64,000 nucleotides of DNA from Hormiphora californensis (Eukaryota > Animalia > Ctenophora). Where the stretch lies: NCBI GenBank assembly GCA_020137815.1, contig CM035362.1:4154001-4218000 (forward strand), written 5' to 3'. The position numbers were made by a program, and so were the translations under genes. Position 1 is the first letter of the stretch, and each line of letters begins with the position of its first letter. Below the pieces are notes generated by a model that saw nothing but the letters and a program-made list of their open reading frames with translations, searched no databases and was not told the DNA's origin. Below are positions 59,415-64,000 of this stretch, piece after piece.

Positions 59415-61898
59415 GGCAATTTTGCATTTGCGGGCATCGCACTATAGACGCAGTACCCACGTACTATAGACGCATTATAGACGCACTATAGACGCAGTAT
59501 AGACGCAGTATAGACACACGCAATATAGACGTACTTTCGTAAGCAGCAGTATAGACGCAGTATAGGCGCATTATAACAGCAATATAAACGCATTTTTATA
59601 GACGCGACGCAGTATAGCCGCATTATAGGCGCACTACCCACCCCAAAATCACTTTATAGACGCACTATAGACGCATTATAGACTGACTATAGCAGCACCA
59701 TAAACGCTACATAGACGCATATAGACGCATGATAGAAGCATTATAGACTCAAATCGCTTTTTATAGACGCCGCGTCTATAAAAAACGTGCTTTTTTAAGA
59801 AGCACTATAGACGTACTCCAGGCTACAGTGCGATATTTGAGGCGCAGTTGGGCGTTTTATATACCCTGCTAACTTAAATAATGCGCCAGTGGCGAGAAGT
59901 CCCACTAGCGCGCTCTCGATAACCAGCCAGTCCAGCGGCAGATTATTTCCCACTGGCAGGTTATTTATTTTTAACTCCTATGTTACATTCAAAGTGTGTG
60001 TAAATGATCAGTTCTTACTGAAATACAGAGGGAACACTGTTTGGAAGAGTTACACACTAAATTGGAGAGAAAGAAACAACACATTCCGCCAATTACTCTC
60101 TCTTTATCTTCCCTTTTGTTTCACTATCTCAATTCCTCTGTGTTATGTCTGGCATGCCCCATATCTTGTTATTTCTTTGTCTCTCTCCTTAGTAACTGTT
60201 ACCAAACAATGTACACTCAATTGAGAGATGTTTTTGACTGTTTCTCAGTTCTCTTTGTGTGTTTTGATTAGTGTTCTCTCTCTTGTTAGTGTGTAATACT
60301 TGTAACAAACAACTAAAGCAGGGTATATAACCTATAAACTCTTGCCACAGACGCGTTATAGGTTTAAACCCCTCCGCCTCTCCCTCGGCTACGCCTCGGG
60401 ATCGTCGTCGTGATTTAAACCAGTTTATCCGCCAGTGGCGGATAAACTACAGCTACCTTCTCCCAGCGGCGCGCTGGGAGAAAGGTATCTGAAATAACGC
60501 GCCACTGGCAAGAGTTTATGCCTCATATAAACGCATTTTTGTCGCATATAAAAGGAAGCAGTATAGACGCATTATAGCCGCATGTGTGCGAAATCGATAA
60601 ATACGCAATATAGACGCAAAATAAGAAGGAGAGGGAGAGAGACTAGAGGGAGGGAGGGAGGGAGGGAGGGACTGAGGGAGGGATACAGGTAACAGGGACA
60701 GAAACAGAGGCAGACGGATAAAGACCTGAGACAGAAGGACAGAGTAAGATGGAAAGAGAGTAAGATGGAAAGAGAGTGATATATAGGGACGGAGGGTGAC
60801 AGAAAAAGACAGAGATGGAAACAAACGGACAGAGACAGACGGACGGACAAACACGCGCTTACTAATTACTATCTCCCTCTCTGTCTCACTCTCTCTCTCT
60901 CCATCTTAATCTCTCTCCATCTTACTCTGTCCGTCTGTCTCAGATCTGTGTCCATCTGTCTCTGTCTGATCTGTCTCTGTATCCCTCCCTCTTTCCCTCT
61001 CCTTCCCTCTCCCTCCCTCCCCCCCTCCCTCCCTCCCTCCCTCCCTCTAGTCTCTCTCCCTCTCCTTCTTATTTTGCGTCTATAAACCACCCCCCCCCCC
61101 CCTGCTGATATTTCCCGCAGTCTACTGTGGTATATCAAATAATTCCCTCCCTCTGTTTTCACACCTTTCATAATTCCCGGGGTCGTTTTATAATAAATAA
61201 CCACGGCTAGTAAAGTGATGAAATTTGATAATCCCCTACGGGGATTATCACACGATATTCCCCTCGTCGTTTCACTCCTCGTGGATATCGTATTGATATA
61301 CCACCCTGACAGGGTGGTATATCAAATTTCATCCCTCTACTAGCCGGGGTTATCTATATTATATTGCGTCTTTATCGATTTCGCACACATGCGGCTATAA
61401 TGCGTCTATAATGCGTCTATACTATAAATTTATATGCGACAAAAATGCGTTTATAGTTCGCCCAACTGCGCCTCAAATATCGCAGCGTGCGTCTGAGTAC
61501 GTCTATAGTGCTTCTTAAAAAAGCACGTTTTTTATAGACGCGGCGTCTATAAAAAGCGATTTGAGTCTATAATGCTTCTATCATGCGTCTATATGCGTCT
61601 ATGTAGCGTTTATGGTGCTGCTATAGTCAGTCTATAATGCGTCTATAGTGCGTCTATAAAGTGATTTTGGGGTGGGTAGTGCGCCTATAATGCGGCTATA
61701 CTGCGTCGCGTCTATAAAAATGCGTTTATATTGCTGTTATAATGCGCCTATACTGCGTCTATACTGCTGCTTACGAAAGTCCGTCTATATTGCGTGTGTC
61801 TATACTGCGTCTATACTGCGTCTATAATGCTTCTATAATGCGTCTATAGTACGTGGGTACTGCGTCTATAGTGCGATGCCCGCAAATGCAAAATTGCC
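59415..61898. mobile_element. MULE-like foldback element with long TIRs of (TATAGACGCA)-type repeats
   Basis: GGCAATTTTGCATTTGCGGGC / GCCCGCAAATGCAAAATTGCC. 9-bp TSD GACGCCGTT. The uninterrupted target is visible in the paralogous repeat at ~59021-59110. Confidence 0.85.
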
Positions 61899-62320
61899 GA
61901 CGCCGTTTTAATTTTCGCGACAGTGCGCTCAGATGGGGTTGTGGCGCCAGACAGATCTGAGCGCACTGTCGCTAAAATTAAAACGGGGTAGGCGCTGCAA
62001 GACAGTTCATGGTAGATGATGAGCACTTGTCAGCGCTTCACAATACATGGTCTGGAATTTCCAGTGGAAAAAGCCGTGCGCACGTGGGATTTGATGCTGA
62101 CATACGACAGCGCTTGGATCCATTGCAACCTATTTTCGCTACGTATGTGAGATTGATCTCGGTCGCTGGGGGACCTCGATCTCACTCAGGTGTCAATGTC
62201 ACCAGCCACCAGACAGCTGTTGCGGCTCGTTGAGTCAGGGAGTTAAAAACAAAAACAAAACAGCAGAGTTTGAGCTTATTTGAAATAGCATTGCGAACTT
62301 TATTATTAATATATTGGTAG

Positions 62321-62429
62321 TAGGAACCGACCGAAACAAGTAAACAACCAATCAGAACTCTTTATTTAGGTCACGTGACTGGTTATCAGCCAATCAGGGA
62401 CCAGTATTTCCTGATTCGGTCGGTTCCTG
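62321..62429. mobile_element. hAT-type MITE
   Basis: 8-bp TSD ATTGGTAG. Confidence 0.9.
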
Positions 62430-62939
62430 ATTGGTAGTATAAAGTTGTCATGGTGACCAGACGCAGCCCAGTAAGCGGACAGGAAAAGAGCGACGCGTCT
62501 GGTATGTATATTATAGGAGTTATATAATAAATTAGAATCATAAATCATATATGTATATATCTCTCTCAGTCTCTATTAATAGTAACCGTACAAAACGGTG
62601 TTTAAAATTATGTATAAAAGCTTGGTATGTATAAAAGTATAAAATATATTAATAACATTTCTAGTGTATAAATAAAAACGGTTTGCTTCTTGAGAGAGAA
62701 AAAATGTCTAGCTATTAGAAATGTACCTTAAAAATAACAAAACAGAAAGGAATGGATATACCCTAGGAGCTTAAAAATATCCGAATTATTTCAATTAGGT
62801 ATATTTTCAGCTCCTGGATTTAAACTTTCCAAGCTCCTATCAATCTTAAGGCCATTTCTCTTTCTCCCTCTCTCTCTCGCGTCATGGATTCTTGAGCCGC
62901 CGGGCTGCAATAATATTTACACGTTTTGGCGATACATAT

Positions 62940-63183
62940 CACGGGGGATTACGGGGGCTCGAATAGATCGCCCGTATAGATCGCCCGTACCAGTCCCCCG
63001 TACATTTGCTTTGCGCATTACGTTTCATCGCACTTTCACCACAACAAAACACGTTGCGCGTTACGTGCATGTGTTTTTTTGTGGTGAAAGTGTGGTGAAA
63101 CGTAATGCGCAAAGCAAATGTACGGGGGACTGGTACGGGCGATCTATACGGGCGTCTCATCCGGGCCCCCGTAATCCGCTGCC
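62940..63183. mobile_element. ~243-bp MITE, copy 2
   Basis: Homologous to 58617-58859. TAT TSD. Confidence 0.8.
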
Positions 63184-63664
63184 TATCTCTCTCTCTTTCT
63201 CAAACATATTTTATTACTATCCAGTTCGATCCAGACAGGTTTTCTCTTCGTCTGCTTCTCTGGTCCACAATTTCCCTCATGTAGATTTTGGTCTAAAAAC
63301 AGAGCTGGCATATAAAAACTAAAAACATGGGTCTATCTTTATCGATTAAGATATTGTGTCCATATAAAGTATAAAACTTATATATAGTCAGTGTATGTAT
63401 AAATCCTTGATAAAAGGTAAAAAGAATACATATATGATGGCTGTCTGGCGGCGCCAGACCCCAATTTGAGTCTCAAACAATGCGCTCAGATGGGGCCGCG
63501 GCGCCGCCAGACAGGTTGATGAAGCCTAATTAAAATCCTAGTAGGATTCCTACGGAATAGTTGATGATAAGATCTGAACTCTCTCTCTCCGTCTCAATGT
63601 CACTACCTATACATATCAATGTCTCTCTCTATCTCCCTCGACTCATGACCATATATGGTATTGT

Positions 63665-63970
63665 CTATGGTTTTTTATCTGATGAATCTTTAGGGTTGTA
63701 GATTTTCCGAACATCCTTTGCACACACGGCACACCTAGCAACACCCTCATCCAGGATCTGTGTGACACCATCGTATACACTTCCCATACCCCACATGCCG
63801 GGTTGGGTCGTCTCCTGGTTCTGGGCGAGCCAGTAGTCGATATTGTTGATGTAGAAGGCACAGGTTCCTCGGCCGAGACACTCAATAAAGGTTGGAATGT
63901 AGAAGTTTTCAAGACAGGAACCGGCACTGGAAAGATCTTGTCCAGAGCCACTGTCGCCAGATGATGTTCC
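63665..63970 (-). CDS. Terminal exon of a collagen IV NC1 (C4) domain gene; the rest lies beyond the window
   Basis: After acceptor ttccacag|: GTSSGDSGSGQDLSSAGSCLENFYIPTFIECLGRGTCAFYINNIDYWLA..VARCAVCAKDVRKIYNPKDSSDKKP*. Matches collagen IV NC1 GSGQALASPGSCLEEF..PFIECHGRGTC..FWLA..SRCQVC. This frame is not in the ORF track. Confidence 0.9.
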   Translation of the reverse strand, partial: GTSSGDSGSGQDLSSAGSCLENFYIPTFIECLGRGTCAFYINNIDYWLAQNQETTQPGMWGMGSVYDGVTQILDEGVARCAVCAKDVRKIYNPKDSSDKKP

Positions 63971-64000
63971 CTGTGGAAAGGGAAAACATCAAAATATAGC

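Noticed and set aside
63643-63951. ORF-track 102-aa ORF MALDKIFPVP..
   Set aside because: Wrong frame; the overlapping frame encodes collagen IV NC1.

Overview
Eukaryotic (animal) genomic DNA with GT-AG introns, many microsatellites and dense nested transposons. A ctenophore (Pleurobrachia/Hormiphora-like) is likely: I recall the hAT-MITE translation 'NRPNQEILVPDWLITSHVT' from Pleurobrachia gene models, but this is recollection, not a search result. Spliced genes reconstructed by hand: a CSPP1/CCDC66-like repeat protein (6678-17305 +, middle exons uncertain), NUTF2 (26146-27074 +), PPIL2 (27488-34814 +), a polypeptide GalNAc-transferase (45767-55979 +) and the last exon of a collagen IV NC1 domain (63665-63970 -). 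There is also a weak AT-hook/C2H2 locus at the left end. Mobile DNA includes four 5'-truncated CRE-clade (RLE) retrotransposons, an ORF1-only LINE-like element, CR1 and I-like 3' fragments, Helentron-like elements, and hAT, TA-TSD, TTAA (Kolobok-like), MULE and Harbinger-type MITEs/foldbacks, mostly with readable TSDs. Two patterns stand out. (1) More than a dozen introns carry diverged tandem 'echoes' of their own splice junction plus adjacent exon sequence, some expanded into intronic satellites. (2) All four CRE fragments lie in sense orientation upstream of a gene start, and each gene start has an unpaired acceptor-like AG just before its ATG.
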